Source: Candidatus Eiseniibacteriota bacterium
GTDB taxonomy: Bacteria; Eisenbacteria; RBG-16-71-46; DASYSL01
Direction of reading: 5' to 3'
DNA: 16,368 nucleotides
Assembly (NCBI GenBank): GCA_046598045.1
Contig: JBKJJJ010000028.1
Location: 1-16,368, forward strand
The notes under the pieces were generated by a model, which saw nothing but the letters and a program-made list of their open reading frames with translations, had not been told where the DNA came from and did not search any database. The position numbers and the translations under genes were made by a program. This document shows, one piece after another, positions 14,256 through 16,368 of this stretch; the stretch's first letter is position 1; each line of letters begins with the position of its first letter.

Positions 14256-15755
14256 ATGAGCGCACACAACGACCGTCCCCGCACCCTGGGCCAGCTCGTG
14301 GCGCAGGGCTACCGCCCCCGCACCGTCAAGGAGGAGATGCGCGCAAACCTGATCGCGCGCATCCAGTCCGGCGCGGAGCTGTTTCCCGGCATCATCGGTT
14401 ACGACAAGACGGTGATTCCCCAGCTCGAGAACGCGATTCTCTCGCGGCATGATTTCATCCTGCTCGGGCTGCGCGGCCAGGCGAAGACGCGCATCCTGCG
14501 CCAGCTCAAGTCGTTCCTCGACCAGGCGCTGCCAGTGGTCCAGGGCTGCGAGATCCACGACGAGCCGACCGCGCCGATCTGCGCCTCGTGCCGGCGCCGC
14601 GCGCGCGAGAAGGGCGATGATCTCGAGATCGCGTGGATCGGTCCCGACGAGCGCTACAACGAGAAGCTCGCCACGCCCGACGTCTCGATCGCGGACCTGA
14701 TCGGCGACATCGACCCGATCAAGGCCGCGACCAGGAAGCTCGCGTTCGCCGACGAGGAGGTCATCCACTACGGGCTCGTGCCGCGCACGAACCGCGGCAT
14801 CTTCGCGATCAACGAGGTGCCCGACCTCCAGCCGCGCATCCAGGTCGGCTTGCTCAACATCCTCGAGGAGAAGGACGTGCAGATCCGGGGATTCCCGGTG
14901 CGCATCCCGCTCGACATGCTGCTCGTGTTCTCGGCCAATCCCGAGGACTACACGAACCGAGGCAACATCATCACGCCGCTGCGCGACCGCATCGCGTCGC
15001 AGATCATGACGCACTATCCGCTCGCGCTCGAGGATGGCATCACGATCACCGACCAGGAGGCGTGGACCCAGCGCGCCAGCTCGGTCAAGGTCGACGTGCC
15101 GTACTACTTCAAGGAGCTGATCGAGGAGGTCGCCGTCCAGGCGCGCAAGTCCGAGTACGTGGATCAAAGCTCGGGCGTGTCCGCGCGCATGACGATCTCG
15201 TTGATGGAGAACCTGATCTCGAACGCCGAGCGCCGCGGCCTGCGCACCGGCGAGCCGGTCGTGCGCCCGCGCCTGGCCGACCTGTACGGTGCCGTGTCCG
15301 CGATCTCGGGCAAGGTCGAGCTGGTCTACGAGGGCGAGCAGGAGGGCTCGGCGAACGTCGCGCGCCACTTGATCGGCAAGGCGGTCAAGGCGCTGTTCGC
15401 GCGCAAGTTCCCCGACGCGTACAAGACGCGGGGCAAGGACGCGTCGACGAGCCAGGTCTACAAGCCGATCGTCGAGTGGTTCGCCTCGGGCAAGACGATC
15501 GAGATCACGGACGAGTCGAGCGCCGAGGAGTTCGCGCAGGGCCTGCGCGCCGTGACCGGGCTCGAGCCGCTCGCGGTCAAGCACCTGCAGGCGATGGACG
15601 CAGCCGAACTCGGCCCCGCGATGGAGTTCGTGCTCGAGGGCCTGCACCAGCACTCGATTCTCTCTCGCGAACGCGTGGACGGCGGGGGCACGGCCTACAA
15701 GGACATGCTCAAGTCGATGTTCTCGGGGTTCAGCACGCGGGACGAGGACGACTGA
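14256..15755 (+). CDS. AAA+ ATPase, Mg-chelatase ChlI/MoxR-related (Rv0958-like), 499 aa
   Basis: Walker A variant GLRGQAKT, ADLIGDIDP, NRGIFAINEVPDL, SANPEDYTNRG, PLRDRI. AGGA upstream of ATG 14256; followed by a VWA gene. Confidence 0.88.
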   Translation: MSAHNDRPRTLGQLVAQGYRPRTVKEEMRANLIARIQSGAELFPGIIGYDKTVIPQLENAILSRHDFILLGLRGQAKTRILRQLKSFLDQALPVVQGCEIHDEPTAPICASCRRRAREKGDDLEIAWIGPDERYNEKLATPDVSIADLIGDIDPIKAATRKLAFADEEVIHYGLVPRTNRGIFAINEVPDLQPRIQVGLLNILEEKDVQIRGFPVRIPLDMLLVFSANPEDYTNRGNIITPLRDRIASQIMTHYPLALEDGITITDQEAWTQRASSVKVDVPYYFKELIEEVAVQARKSEYVDQSSGVSARMTISLMENLISNAERRGLRTGEPVVRPRLADLYGAVSAISGKVELVYEGEQEGSANVARHLIGKAVKALFARKFPDAYKTRGKDASTSQVYKPIVEWFASGKTIEITDESSAEEFAQGLRAVTGLEPLAVKHLQAMDAAELGPAMEFVLEGLHQHSILSRERVDGGGTAYKDMLKSMFSGFSTRDEDD

Positions 15756-15756
15756 C

Positions 15757-16368
15757 GTGCGCTTCCGTTACGGAGCATGGCGGGGCGGGCCCGATCCCGA
15801 GTTCCTCAAGGCCCTGCTCAACCTCTACAACCAGCTCCTGCTCCAGACCAACGGCGACGTCGACCGCGCGCTCGATGCGCTCGAGCAGATCGGCGAGCAG
15901 TACGGGTTCTTCGACGGCAAGTTCGACCTCGAGGCGTTCAAGAAGTGGCTCAAGGAGAACGACGCGATCAAGGAAGTCGCTCCCGGGGAACACCGCCTCA
16001 CGGGCAAGGGCGAGCGCGCGATCCGCCAGGATGCGCTGACCGAGATCTTCGGCCAGCTCCGCAAGTCGGCCGGCGGCGACCACCGCGTGCCGCAGGCGGG
16101 CGTCGGTGTCGATCGCCTGCCCGAGACGCGCGCGTTCGAGTTCGGCGATTCGACGACCGACCTCGACGCGATCGCCACGATCGGCAACGCGATCCGCAGG
16201 AACGGCGCCGACGACATCGAGATCGGCGAGGAGGACCTCGAGGTCTACGAAACCGAGCACCTCACCGCGTGCGCCACCGTGCTGCTGCTCGACGTCTCGC
16301 ACTCGATGATCCTCTACGGCGAGGACCGCATCACGCCCGCGAAGAAGGTCGCGCTCGCGCTCACCGAG
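15757..16368 (+). CDS. VWA-domain protein (Rv0959-like), 3' end beyond the window (not in the ORF track)
   Basis: GTG 1 nt after the ATPase stop; open for 204 codons from MRFRYGAW to ATVLLLDVSHSMILYGEDRITPAKKVALALTE, containing the MIDAS DxSxS motif. Confidence 0.88.
   Translation, partial: MRFRYGAWRGGPDPEFLKALLNLYNQLLLQTNGDVDRALDALEQIGEQYGFFDGKFDLEAFKKWLKENDAIKEVAPGEHRLTGKGERAIRQDALTEIFGQLRKSAGGDHRVPQAGVGVDRLPETRAFEFGDSTTDLDAIATIGNAIRRNGADDIEIGEEDLEVYETEHLTACATVLLLDVSHSMILYGEDRITPAKKVALALTE

Noticed and set aside
182..15653. Long antisense or alternative-frame ORFs (e.g. 182-955, 1037-1909, 5748-7067, 8196-9608, 11139-12572, 14232-15653)
   Set aside because: These are expected shadows of high-GC3 genes and have no recognisable motifs.
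14256..15755. True magnesium chelatase indicating phototrophy
   Set aside because: It matches the widespread chelatase-like AAA+/VWA pair, and no bch/chl genes are in the window.
1..16368. CRISPR array, tRNA or rRNA genes
   Set aside because: No regularly spaced direct repeats, cloverleaf/T-loop context or rRNA signatures were seen on either strand.

Overview
High-GC bacterial DNA in two parts. About 1-9660 looks accessory and stress-related. It holds an exported M48 zinc peptidase, two paralogous lmo0937/DUF5670 small membrane-protein genes, a DUF948-like/YtxH pair, a DUF3494 ice-binding lipoprotein, a solitary IS3/IS2-type OrfA HTH gene, a DUF3185 protein, YbjT-like SDR, YkuD_2 L,D-transpeptidase, AhpC/TSA-like and DUF4184-like genes, and a broken DUF1810 gene. 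About 9678-16368 looks like core chromosome: CDP-alcohol phosphatidyltransferase, flavodoxin-like protein, glutaryl-CoA dehydrogenase, PafA-type alkaline phosphatase, and an AAA+ ATPase/VWA pair cut by the window end. The best candidate for an undescribed system is a possible regulon at about 2300-5490. A ~38-bp tandem operator with a CTGA-N8-TCAG core occurs three times, each copy oriented toward a stress gene unit. A transposase-derived HTH gene with no visible IS ends or OrfB is coupled into the ice-binding operon, and two of the units have long structured 5' regions. All family calls come from motif recognition by eye, not from database searches.
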